Source of the DNA: Eledone cirrhosa
Taxonomy: Eukaryota
Direction of reading: 5' to 3'
Assembly (NCBI GenBank): GCA_964016885.1
Contig: OZ024745.1
Coordinates: 39,990,001-40,054,000, forward strand
Length of the DNA: 64,000 bases
Under the pieces are notes generated by a model. It had not been told where the DNA came from. It searched no databases and saw only the letters and a list, made by a program, of their open reading frames with translations. A program made the translations under genes and the position numbers. This document shows, one piece after another, positions 38,390 through 52,992 of this stretch. The number at the start of each line of letters is the position of its first letter. Positions within the stretch are counted from its first letter, which is position 1.

Positions 38390-40250
38390 TTAATTCAAGA
38401 AAGAAGATTGACATGGTTCGCTATACAATAAGGTATTTATTCACATTGCTGACAATTGCTTCTTTGATCTGGCAGTTTTAGAGTTCGCTATACGCCTGAT
38501 TTTTGCGCCAATCGATCTCCAATAATTTGTTTATAACCAGTCTTTTTCAGCGGAGCAGGTGAAATGAAGAAAATACATAAGGCTTGGTTTTTATATAAGT
38601 GTGGTATTAAACAATAATATCAATGATAAAATAAAATAACTAGATATCAAACAATTAAAATAATAACATCAATATAAGTAAGAGAGTATAATGGAGAATA
38701 TAGCATGTTAAACAGACTGATATGATACAGATGTATGGAATTGACATGTGTAAACTGCTATAGGGTACATTAGATATAGTGATAGGGTAGCGACTAGATA
38801 ACAGTAACCACTAAGATGTACTTGGAGACTGAATGTATGAGGTATCCACTGTGATGTAGGTATTCAAGCGCTAAAGCGGAGATTTAGACAAAAAAACTTA
38901 AAATATAATATAATATAATATAACATGACATAAAACATGACATATATAATATACAAGTGTACAGAACGAATCATTAATTCTCCCTAGCGCAACTATGAGT
39001 CGATTAACTCATACATGTGTTCATTAACTGAACAAAACAGCGACCATATGATGTAGCTCCGCAAAAAATAAACAATGACGATAAACACATACGCACCAAA
39101 TGATGACATAAAGGGCACTCGTAGTGGATAACTCCCTGTTACTCACTACTAGATACGTTTCTAAGTCTAAGGAAGGGAGACTACTCTACCACTTCATCTA
39201 TGAAATCAATAATTCAAAAAACTAAAAAATTCAGACCGTAGAAAAAATAATAATAAACTCCTACACCGTATATATTAGCTGTATTTCTAAGGAAAAGGAA
39301 GGGAGGCTATTCTACCACTTCATCTATAAGATCAAAAATCCAATAGCAAGTTCCTACACCGTGTATATTAGCCAGAATAACAATAACATTCGTGCATATA
39401 CAAATAAATATTATCGGACCTATGTAAAGAGCTATGCTATTAACAGATCTCCTAACTAGTCAAACTGATAATACGAAAGCCATTAAATCGTTATTAACCT
39501 AGTGTAAGTTTATATGAATATAATCAACTGTATTACATTTATTATGGAGTATGTTATAAACATAATTCTTAGACTGTAGGTTTAACGGCAAAGAAACGGT
39601 ATCCTAATATATAAGTAATAGGTAGGTGGTCTATCCCAGCGGTTGGAGACATAGTTATTGCCGAATGGGATGAGTGGGCAGTATACGCAATTCTGAAACA
39701 TACCCGAACAAAGAGGTGATATGCTTGAGCCTATCATAACTAAATATGTAATTATGGGAGTTGTATCTAGTCTTAAATGAGGTAGAGGTTGAGCGAATGT
39801 AAGTTTTGGTAGAGGTAGCCGTTATAACATCGCATGCATAAACTATATTCCTCATGAAGCAGTTGCCCTTCAAAGGGCAACTATCTCTACATCTACAATT
39901 AAAATTGCGGTTTGTACTGTTCAACATGCGACGGGAGGACTGGTTGGTTGTACTATCCCGAAACATTATTTGTACATCTGGTGTGTCGTTACCACAGTCA
40001 GGGAACTCATTTCCCAATGGGTTAGGTTGTTGGTGGTTATTTACACTATTGTATTTTTGTTTTCAACGCTCTTATGAGTCCTGCCCCATAGTATGGATGA
40101 AACACTGTCAGCGAATAAACATTGATTGATGTTATACGCGCTCTTTGTTTTCTTTTACTATAACGGTTCTTTTGGTACATTGAGCTGACAAGATATTGTG
40201 ACAAGTAATACACAGTACGGGTGTGTTTATTTTTTTACACATACGTTCTG
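38390..40250 (-). mobile_element. Degenerate Naiad-type PLE 3' fragment (GIY-YIG start at 39655..40017 plus 3' region)
   Basis: CRCRDSCPLKGNCFMRNIVYACDV..TYIRSTSTSFKTRYNSH; flanked by (TA)n; outer extent inferred. Confidence 0.6.
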
Positions 40251-40260
40251 CTATCTAAGC

Positions 40261-40317
<57 letters not shown>

Positions 40318-40464
40318 ACATAATAAATAATCTTTGGTACCAATGTGTTAAAGATATCTGTCAAATCAATTAGCAGAGAAGGTTGTGTATGTATGCATAT
40401 ATATATATATATATATATATATAGGAGGAGGAAGTTATAGTTCACTTGAAGCATTGTGTAATGA

Positions 40465-40901
40465 ACTATAAACGTTTGTAGTTGTAAGGCCAAGACAATG
40501 CAGGTATGGATATAGAATATAAATGCAAATGCAAAATATATTGTTGACAATTAGTCTTTTACATTAAATTTATTTAATTACACTCATCCACTAAAGTGGT
40601 TAATCCAGTGCTCTAATTAGCTTGCCAAGTCATGCTGACAGAAAATGGTGTAGAGATTCCATTCTATCTCAAATGTCAAAGAGTGAAGATTAGGTGGAGA
40701 AAGAGTTGTCTCCCTTTAAAAGGGGTTTTGTACATGTATATTTAAGTGTGTGGGAGAATATATGAAGGCGTAAGTATGCGTGTGTGTGTGTGAGTGTGAG
40801 AAGATATGTCTATACGTAAATGTGGAGGCTAGATGCTCTATCATGTTAAAACTGGTCTTTGTGTGTGTATGTGTGTGTGAGAGAGAATAAGTGGAGGTGT
40901 A

Positions 40902-40938
<37 letters not shown>

Positions 40939-41732
40939 GTATGTGCGTGTGCGTGTGTGTGCGATGGGGGTGTAAGTGTGGGGATAGTGGCTCTATCAAG
41001 TTATAAATTGGGTGTTGAGTTCTAGTCTTATGGATTGGTGGTTGTGTTTTGTCAATAATCAGTGCCTCCTTAATTCTAACAGTGCCGAGGTTTATTTCCC
41101 TAGTTTCTATCCTAACTTTTATGTTTCTGTCGGTGTTTTTGCATTTCACTAGGTGTTTCTTAAATGAAGAAGCGTTAGTATTGAGGTGTTCTTTTATTCT
41201 TATGTGAAGTGGTGTGGTGGTGCTACCTACGTAGAAATTGCTGTATTTGTCGCACTCTAATCTGTATACGAATTGAGCGTGGTGGCATAGGTCTGTGTCA
41301 TTGATGGGGCAGTTGGTTAGCCTGCAGCGGCTGTCATGTCTGGTGGAGTGTCTTTTGATTAGCTGTCCGCGTAGAGAAGGTCCTGAGTGGGCTAGTTGGA
41401 TATCTAGTCCCTCTAATCTGATAGCTCTGCGGATCGCTGTTGTTGTTTCGTCACTGAAGTGTGGGAACTTCAAGAAGCAGGTGTTAGTGGCTCGGGTGTG
41501 GTGTCCTCTGTTCTTTCTGGAATGGTTTCCATTTCCTGTCAGCATGACTTGGCAAGCTAATTAGAAAACTGGATTAAACACTTTACTTCTCTCCGAAGAA
41601 GAGATATTATCTCAAAAATTAAGGATATTTAAATACATTTCAGGTAAAAGACTAATTATCAACAATATCTTTTGCATTTTCACTTATATTCTATATCCAT
41701 ACCTGTATTTTCTTGGCCTTACAAATACAAAC

Positions 41733-41738
<6 letters not shown>
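40465..41738 (-). mobile_element. 5'-truncated PLE with inverted pLTR; GIY-YIG ORF 40841..41545
   Basis: C....CP......C..FVYRLEC..FYVGSTTTPLHIRIKEH..IKEAL; 40467-40648 inverted to 41529-41738. Confidence 0.8.
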
Positions 41739-41774
<36 letters not shown>

Positions 41775-41781
<7 letters not shown>

Positions 41782-44700
41782 TAACAGATTAAAGTTTAAG
41801 CAAAGAATCGCTGCTTTCACCCTTAACGAGATCTTCTGAAACTAACAAAGTCAATCTGTAAACGCAGAACTGGATATTTCAAAAAACGTTGCAACCGGAG
41901 GAAGACAGGAAGACGATACTTTGGTTCGTGGAAAAGTTCGCTGGCAAAGAACGGGAAAAAACGAATATATGTCATTAATAGGAGCGTTGAAAAACAATTA
42001 CGCGCAAAGACAGAACCACGTTTATGGTATAAAAGAGGTCGTAGACTAATGTTCTCTTAGGTGGTGCATAGAGACGTTCTCTGGCAATGAACGAAAAAAC
42101 GAAGAAAATAAGTCATATGTGGAGCGTGGAGAACAATAGCGCGCAAAGACAAAACCACGTAAATGGTATAGCAGAAATCGTAGACTAAAATTCTAACTAG
42201 GTGACCGAATGAATCTCCGCTACAGAGTTAAGAACAAAGTAAATAAATACAATACAGAAGTAATAGAAATAAATAAATACATACACGCAAACAAATACGT
42301 ACATACACAAGCATACGCAAAAACTTACCATTGGTAAACAAAACCACGCACATATAAATATGTGTGTGTGTGTAGCGTGTATACAAATAAATAAATAATT
42401 ATATAAACGTATATAAATAAATAAATACGTATATAACAAGCGCACACACATACCTACATGTAAATACACGAATGTTCGGAGACGTAAGTCAACCAAAACA
42501 TGAAGTACACATATACACACGCCCTATATACGTACGAACCTGCATACTCACACAGACGCAAAACTCCCGTATATACATAGCCGAACCATATGTACCAGGA
42601 TATATTAAGAAAAAAAAAAAAATTATACGCCATAACAATCAAATATACGTACGAGAAGGTATACGTACCTTCACAAAAGACGGGTAATATATACTTACCT
42701 ATGCAAATAAGTAAAGGTATAAACCAAACATAGTTAGCGCCCACATCAAGACGTAAAATATCCACGTATAGATCGTACTATCCGTTAGGGTATAACGTGG
42801 GGCTGTAATACAGGAAAGTTTTGTGCAATTTATGTTTACAAGGCGAAATTACCTCAGATTTTTTGTTTAAGATGTGGTCTGTGGCGTAGAGTATTTCCAG
42901 GGCCTCAGCGGCGCAGAGGTCACATGGTCTTTTATTTCCGTTATACGATCTAGCCCTAGCTATGATCTCCCAGTGTAAGTTATATTTGATGTGGTTGTCT
43001 TTTAGACTCCAGATATAAACTGAAAGTGACGTCATATTCCTTCTTAGAGGGTAACGAAAAGAATGGGTATGTAAAGACGCTGCTTGAATCTATTGGCGGT
43101 TAACCCTATGTAGGCCCTACGGGACGTGGGTGTTACAACCTTACATTTGTAGACAATGGTACTAGAGAGGCATTTCCCGGATAGGGGGCAATCAACCCGA
43201 TTCCTACAATTACAGTTAGTACTAACTACAGGGTTGCACGTGTTCCTACGGCTAGGTAGTTTAGCTAAATTTGAAGCTGTGATGTTATGTGCAAGGTTAG
43301 GAGTCGTAGAGTAAGAAATTTTAATAGTATTTCTATTAAAAATGTTACTATATTTATGTGTAGGGGGAAAATGCTTCGTAATAAGGGAAAGAAAGATCTT
43401 AGCTAATGGTGTGGCCACCTCCATATTATATGGTGGGTTATACCAACAAATGCTACTGGATCTATTTCTTCCAGGTCTATTTTCGTACTCTGTATATGCT
43501 ACCTTATCGACAAATCCACTTCGAACAAGAGCTTCATTGTAATAAGTGGAATGGTCGTTGAAAATCCGCTCGTTGAAAATCCGCTCGTTGGTGGAAAGAC
43601 GGGAAAGCCTCAACGAAACGTTTCTTACCAGGTTCTTGGTTATGCTGGCAGGATGGTTGGAATGCTTACTTATGTAATTAAGCGTATCATTCGGCTTTCT
43701 ATACGGGTAATACAACCCATTCAATAAGTTGAGGGTAACGTCGAGGTAATTAACGACCGAGAGATTGGCCTTAACCTGTATAGAGAGGTTGAAGCCTTTA
43801 AAGAAGGCTATGAGTTCTTTTCTGAACCTGTCGCAAGCACGAGGTTCGCACTTAGTCATGGTCAAAAGACCATCGTCACGGTACAAACCACCGCCCGCGT
43901 AGGGGAATTCGTCCTTGATAGAGAAAAGAAGGAAAAGGCCGATAAGATCAGTAACCTCCGCAGAATCACTGGCGCCCATACTCACGTCGAATGGGGGTAC
44001 TATTGGATTTGTTAATCCAAATAGAGTCGTCGAAATTAATCACTGACTTTCGGGCATTGAGGATGACATCAACTTCGAAATCCTTAACCACTGTGAGTGT
44101 TTTAGCGAAATTGATAGCTCTAAGGAGAAGTGGTAAAGTGATGGAGGAGTAGTAATTGTTGATGTCGAATTGGATAAAACGGCAATGTTCCTTGTTACAT
44201 ATGCCGTTGAACCAATCAATCACCGCGAAGGAATTGTTCCACAGTGCAAGAGGGGCCAAACTTCTAATTTCAGGTATAATTCTAACAAGAATCGTTTTAC
44301 TAAGTCTACCTAAATTGGACTTCGTAGGGTTAATAAGCCGAATAGAGGGGTTGTTCGGAAAATTGGATTTGTGATCCTTCAGGGTAAAGTGGGGAGAAAA
44401 AGGGTCCAGAGGTTCGGTTCGATCCAGGATGTTGAGATCAGATGTGATTTTAAACCCAGCATCGTTGATTTCATTGATAACTCACCGATTAGTTTTACGG
44501 TAATCCTTAGTTACAGCATTATGTAGTAGTTGATGGTAAGTACTGCGCTCCACTTGATATAGATTGCCAGTTTTGTTGGAGTGGACGTGCACGGCATTAG
44601 AATCCTTAATAGAACGAATTCTATTCTTCAGGTCTTGCTGGAAGGAATTGCTCCTATTCCGAAGTTTGATACTGCGAATGAGTTCCAAGACATCATTTTC

Positions 44701-45690
44701 GAAGGGCAGCAATGCTGGGTTACACGGGGGGTTATTATAGGTTTTAAATCCAAATGTATCCTGTTTGTTGTCTGCTTTTCGCGGATTATCGAAGTAAAAG
44801 GCCCGCCAACGCAACCTTTTAATGAACGCATCGGTTTTCTGTATCAGGAGTTTTAGGTATGTTTTCCTGCTTGGTACGGGCATGTTCTTTGTAGAAATTT
44901 TCAAATGTTGTTTCTGCATGATGAATATATGTCACTAGAGTGCTCAACCGAGGGAGCCAAATAGTAATAATAATAAATTTGAAGACTAAAATCCAAAGAG
45001 GGCTCGATAAGGATAAATATATATCAAATATATAAGAACCGTAGAGCAAATATTTATTAAAATAACAGATTAAAGTTTAAGCAAAGAATCGCTGCTTTCA
45101 CCCTTAACGGGATCTTCTGAAACTAACAAAGTCAATCTGTAAACGCAGAACTGGATATTTAAAAAAACGTTGCAACCAGAGGAACACAGGAAGACGATAC
45201 TTTGGTTCGTGGAAACGTTCGCTAGCAAAGAACGGGAAAAAACGAATATAATACGTCATTAATAGGAGCGGTGAAAAACAATTACGCGCAAAGACAGAAC
45301 CACGTTTATGGTATAAAAGAGGTCGTAGACTAATGTTCTCTTAGGTGGTTCATAGAGACGTTCTCTGGCAATGAACGAAAAAAACGAAGATAATACGTCA
45401 TATGTGGACCGTGGAGAACAATAGCACGCAAAGACGAAACCATGTAAATGGTAAAGCAGAAATCGTAGACTAAAATTCTAACTAGGAGACCGAATGAATC
45501 TCCGCTACAGAGTTAAGAACAAAGTAAATAAATACAATACAGAAGTAATAGAAATAAATAAATACATACACGCAAACAAATACTTACATACACAAGCATA
45601 CGCACAAACTTACCATAGGTAAACAAAACCACGCACATATAAATATGTGTGTGTGTGTATGCGTGTATACAAATTAATAAATAATTATGT
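41775..45690 (-). mobile_element. Near full-length Naiad-type PLE with direct pLTRs (41775-42420 and 45055-45690)
   Basis: ~630-bp direct repeats flanking a frameshifted ORF; (TA)n flanks. Confidence 0.9.
42778..44919 (-). pseudogene. Naiad PLE RT plus GIY-YIG ORF (frameshifted)
   Basis: FIKRLRWRAFYF, KTGNLY, IQFDINNYYSSI, MGASDSAEVTDLIG, GLYRDDGL, NYLDVTL, WYNPPYN, CNCRNRVDCPLSGKC, VYKC..AYIG, CDLC..E, CKH. Confidence 0.9.
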
Positions 45691-45770
45691 ATGCATGTAT
45701 ATATATATATATATAATAACTAGAAATTGATATGGCGCATGTCTTTCTGGCATGACAGCCATAATTTTGG

Positions 45771-45854
<84 letters not shown>

Positions 45855-45868
45855 GCATACAGACATAC

Positions 45869-45906
<38 letters not shown>

Positions 45907-45947
45907 CGTTTCTGAATTTGTTTAGCAACATGACCCTCCCAAAGTAT

Positions 45948-46010
<63 letters not shown>

Positions 46011-46019
46011 TATATATAT

Positions 46020-46108
<89 letters not shown>

Positions 46109-46197
46109 TATATATACAGTGTCAATTAGACCCTGGGGATTGAAAACGTGTTATGTATATATATGTATATACACATCTACATGCACACATATATGCA

Positions 46198-46284
<87 letters not shown>

Positions 46285-48122
46285 GTGAGTGTGTGAGTGT
46301 GTGTGTGTGTGTCCTGTCTGAGTTCAAGCCAGAAGGCGGATATATTAATATATATGATTTACATAAATATTTCCCAGTTATAATAAGAATATTTTCTGTA
46401 AAACGTACAAATATACCGATGAAGTTGAAACATTTCATATTTAATAGGGATAAAATGAATATATAATTGATTGACTTTCTATACATGGCAGTATATCATT
46501 TTAGATAACTGATTATGATTAATATCATAATTAAAGAAATTTTAAACTATTATGAAATAATGAAATAATCAATATTTTCGTAGTTCTACATTGCGATAAT
46601 TTAACAGTCATATTATCTAGCTAACATAACCAAAGTAACTAACAGGATCTTCATGATTAATCAGCAGCACAGTTTCATTCGAACGAAATGCCCTAATATT
46701 ATAGCCAACTAATAAGCAGACGAAATATATTTCTTAAGACTAACTTCTCAATGTAATATTCAAATGCATGCAACCTTAATAAATAATTGTAACTCTAAAG
46801 TAATAATCTACAAGTCCAGAATCTCTTTAATAACATGAAAAAAAATACTCAGGAAATTCGAATGTCAAATCACAAATCTGCAGCATATAGAGCTACGCTT
46901 ATACATATCTGTTAGTTGCAGCCACTTAAAGCCAACACGTGATTGATTGGATTCATATTTAACGATTATATGATAACGATTACATTAACTCTATTACTTC
47001 CACGACTTTAATATCCTACTATTAAACACCCTTCGTCAACCATTAGTTTTCTCTTTCTTTTATTCTTGAACCCTTCTTCCAACAATTACCAATATACTCA
47101 TACTTTCAATTCGTTAACGCTTCAGGTTAATCACATTTACATTATAACAGTTCATCCAACACTAAACTGCTCATATTGAATATAATTATTATATCAAATC
47201 ATTTAGAGACATCTTTAATTAAAAAAAAAATGCTCGGTTATAAAATTCGACATAATTATTATGTTGATGCGTATATGATGCAAATGCACGAGAAGTGATA
47301 AAGAAAGAGAACGATTCGATGTGAAGTGTAACAGTAGCACCGTGAGGAAAAAGTAAGACGCAATGAGAAAATGTTGTTACAACATAATATTGACATAATC
47401 AAATACTCATAAATGATATGCTGAGATCTACAGTTGGCGGCGATGGTGGTAGTGGTAGAGAGAGAAAAAACGAAAACTATATATGTTAAGCGAATATGTT
47501 TATCTATATATTAATCGTTAATTATTCACCGCCTGTGCACTATTGAGTTTAGCTGTCGTCTGCTGAACTAGACATATTACATTAAAATGTTATATATTGA
47601 AGGACTGCTAAATTAACTGAATGTATTATTAGGGTATTTAATACGAATACTCAAGTTAACCGAATATGATATACAATCAGGAAAACCTTCTTACACAAGG
47701 AACTATTTAATTAATGGTATATATTATGAATGATAATTAATTGGAAATGATAAGTAATCTTCTCATAATACAATTGATAGCATAAAATGATTAATACATG
47801 TCAGGGTAATTAATGGCTCCGTTGCCAAATACTGTGGTATTATGGCATGTTCACGTAGTATAAACATTGTTGTAAAGCTTTATATCCGTGATACAATGAT
47901 GTTAGACACTACAATACGGGTGATGTAGATCCAGAACATTTGATGAATAACGAATCTGTATATATATATAGTGAAAGATTGAAGAATAACACGGTAGGCT
48001 GTACAAAAATGACTTTTATTTCTAGTACTAACAACTCTTTCATTGATCAGGTGAGCCTAAGGCCGCTAATAACTCGAAGTTGCGTAACTCGACCTCAAAT
48101 ATAGTATCACCTCTGATCAAAT

Positions 48123-48174
<52 letters not shown>

Positions 48175-48180
<6 letters not shown>

Positions 48181-49540
48181 ATAATTGGGGAGGGTCATAT
48201 TTGTGTAATATTGCCAGAATTAATAACAGAACACACTCACTGTTTGGTTGGTTTTCGCTTCTCGCTGTCTTTTATATCTGCGATCTAACTTAATCGGTCC
48301 TCAATGTTGCCATTGACTGACCGACGGTCAAAAATAATACAGATACAATATAGACACAAACACATATATATAGTTTACATAATTTACATAAATCTTTCGT
48401 TGCACATCTGCAACATCGTCAGTGGTGTTATATTTTTTCCTCCTGTTGTGTTGTATGTCTACGCCATTTTTTTTATTCAGTCTGTCTATATATTTATTTA
48501 TTTATTTGCTTGTTTGTTTATTTTATTTTGACTTTTTTGCGCATGCGTTTGCGTGTGTGTTCAGTGTTGTGTGTACTGTGTGACTAGTGTGTATAGTGTT
48601 GTGTCTGCTGGGTGACTAGTGTGTGTTTATGTGCTTGTTGTTATTGTGCTTGTGCATGTATTTATTTATCTTATTTTATTTTATTTTATTTATTTACTAA
48701 TTTATACTTCTCTTAGGTCAGTGTTGTTTGTTTGGGTGTTGTTGTTGTTCCACTCATTCTTTCTGTTTAGCTTTGGTCTTCTAATTTCTATTTCACTGGC
48801 CTCTCTGATTTGCCTATCTGCTGGGTCATTCCTATGTTTAGATATTATTCTAATTTCTATGTTGTCTATGTTACCGTCATGTTGTTGTCTAGCATCTTCG
48901 TATAGTACTGACCCGTTTTTTCGTCCTTTTAGTTCCCCCCAAAGCTAAACAGAAAGAATGAGTGGAACAACAACAACACCCAAACAAACAACGCTGAACT
49001 AAGAGAAGTATAAATAAGTAAATAAATAAAATAAAATAAAATAAGATAAATAAATACATACACAAGCACAATAACAACAAGCACATAAACACACACTAGT
49101 CACCCAGCAGACACAACACTATACACACTAGTCACACAGCACACACAACACTGTACACACACGCAAACGCATGCGCAAAGAAGACAAAATAAAATAAACA
49201 AACAAGCAAATAAATAAATAAATATATAGACAGACTGAATAAAAAATGGCGTAGACATACAACACAACAGGAGGAAAAAATATAACACCACTGACGATGT
49301 TGCAGATGTGCAACGAAAGATTTATGTAAATTATGTAAACTATATATATGTGTTTGTGTCTATATTGTATCTGTATTATTTTTGACCGTCGGTCAGTCAA
49401 TGGCAACATTGAGGACCGATTAAGTTAGATCGCAGATATAAAAGACAGCGAGAAGCGAAAACCAACCAAACAGTGAGTGTGTTCTGTTATTAATTCTGGC
49501 AATATTACACAAATATGACCCTCCCCAAGTATAACAATAT
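48175..49540. mobile_element. Palindromic (fold-back) PLE 3' end, same family as 5488-6710
   Basis: ~48175-48775 inverted to ~48939-49540; 48775-48935 carries GIY-YIG C-terminal codons on minus. Confidence 0.8.
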
Positions 49541-49594
49541 TTGTTTCGACACACGATTTCATATAAAAAACCTCGCTAAACTAATTCATCGCCG

Positions 49595-49644
<50 letters not shown>

Positions 49645-49751
49645 AATTAATATATCTACCGACATATGTATACAGATGCATACATATGTTAGCAAATATA
49701 TATGTTTTGTCTTAGTAACTTTGTGGTTCTATGCAAGGGGATGCAGAACAA

Positions 49752-50273
<522 letters not shown>

Positions 50274-50462
50274 GACAAGAATCAAAGTTATGTTCAAAGC
50301 ATTTATTCACTTACAATTGTTGCATCCAAACCCAGGCTTGGGGGTCTTTGGACCATTTTTCAATGTTTGTACACATAATTGACCTTCACTCTTTAGGGTT
50401 TAAAATATACATAACTAAAACAGTTTTAGTATATACATAACCATAAATAGTATCCTTAATAT

Positions 50463-50694
<232 letters not shown>

Positions 50695-50888
50695 GATAAA
50701 TCTACCAAGAGTTTACGGTAGTGTCCAATCCGTATGAAGAACTCAATGTAATCCGGATATCATGGAAAGAAGAGAAGCAATGAAAAATCACTTTCGGTGA
50801 AAGATAAACGGAAAACAGAGTCAAGATAAAATATTAAAAAAATAATGAATAAAACAATGAAACAGTTCCTTATATTAAACAAAAAATG

Positions 50889-51043
50889 TTCATTATTTAA
50901 CGATCGTTTCTAGGATATATATGTGTTAGAATTGGAATGCATATTCAACAGATCTATGTACAAAATTATACAAAATTATACAAACTATCAAAATTAAATA
51001 TACATACGAAACACATATATATGCCGTCTTCAGAAATAATGAA
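50889..51043 (-). ncRNA. Type I hammerhead ribozyme with long stem II (left arm)
   Basis: Reverse complement of 58255-58408. Confidence 0.75.
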
Positions 51044-51685
51044 ATATATTTATTGATAATAACAACAATTCAAAATTACAGGTCTGTTTGGGAACAGAGT
51101 TCAAATTGACCAATGAAAATACAAAAAGTTTATACAGTTAGGTGTGTGTATATATATGCATATAAGTAACTTCGTTCACAGACATGCATAAAGATATATG
51201 TTCACATGCATACGCCTGCCAAAAAGATGTATGTAAATACAAAAATTCAAGGCTAATGTCTCTGTATGTTTATAATCTACAGATAAAATACGCACACACA
51301 TATATAAATATAAAATAAATATATACACACATTCATATACTCACACATATACGTACATTCACACACACACGCGCGTATACGCATACACAAACACACAACC
51401 ACGAACATACATACACACATACACCCCCACACACATATATATGTGTGTATATACTATTATCATAAGCATATGGATATTAATGCGCGCACATAAACACTGC
51501 CATACACATTTAGATCCAGATACAGAAAGAAGGTGGGTGGGGGGGGGGGGAGAGGTCAGTATTCACCGGTGTCAGCAGACTGCCTATTTATAAATGTATC
51601 TATAAACTTAGAAATAAAAAGAAAAGAAAAAGAAAAAAGAAATATATCAAGAAAATATATATATATAATATATACATACACACAC

Positions 51686-51716
<31 letters not shown>

Positions 51717-51773
51717 CATACACACATATATATAAACAAGTAAAATATAAAATATACATCGATATACATACAT

Positions 51774-51812
<39 letters not shown>

Positions 51813-52006
51813 CATACATATACATACATATACATACACATATACACAAACACATACATACACATACATATACATACACACACGCATACATATAGAGACA
51901 CATACATATACACATATAAATACATAGACAGATACACATATACACACATATATATATATATACACACATACGCATACATATATATACACATACATTCACA
52001 ACACAC

Positions 52007-52075
<69 letters not shown>

Positions 52076-52210
52076 TATATATATATATATATATACACAC
52101 ATATCTACATGCATATATAAACACACTCATGTATATACACACATACACATACATACCCATATATAAATATATACATATATATATATACATATACACACAT
52201 ACACATATAC

Positions 52211-52265
<55 letters not shown>

Positions 52266-52347
52266 TATATATACATAGACACATACATACACACACTTAC
52301 GCATACATATATATAAAGATATATATACACACACACACACACATATA

Positions 52348-52400
<53 letters not shown>

Positions 52401-52992
52401 CATATATATACATATACACACATACATATATATACACACATACATACACACACATACATACTCATACATAGACATACATATATACTCACACACACATACA
52501 CACATACATATACGCATATATACACATACATACACATCCATGTAAGCGTATATACATACAAACACCACCACACGCTCATACAACTCAGACATACATAAAT
52601 AAAGGGATATACATACACATATATACATATATAAATAGAGATACATATATATATATAAATATATACACACGTACACACACAAAAACACACATACATACAC
52701 ATACATACACACATACATATATATACACACACACACATACACACACATACATATATATATATATATACATATACACATATATATATATATATACATATAT
52801 ATATACATACATACATATATATATATATAAAAAAATAAAGAAATAAGATAAATAAATAAATTAATTAATTAATACACACAGTCAGACAAATATGCAAACA
52901 CATACATATACATATATATATACATACACACATACATATACATATATATATATATATATATACATATACATACACATATATATATACACACA

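Noticed and set aside
38440-38560. Minus-strand hammerhead-like remnant (GAAG-caattg-TC)
   Set aside because: Core and stem I too degenerate to support
48044-48120. Hairpin tgatcaggtga...tcacctctgatca with inner stems
   Set aside because: Single copy, no recognisable RNA motif
52892-52992. Apparent N-terminal MQTHTYTY extension fused to the Naiad RT; likewise the CV-rich tail of ORF 290..1480
   Set aside because: Chance in-frame read-through from the inverted microsatellite arm at the truncation junction
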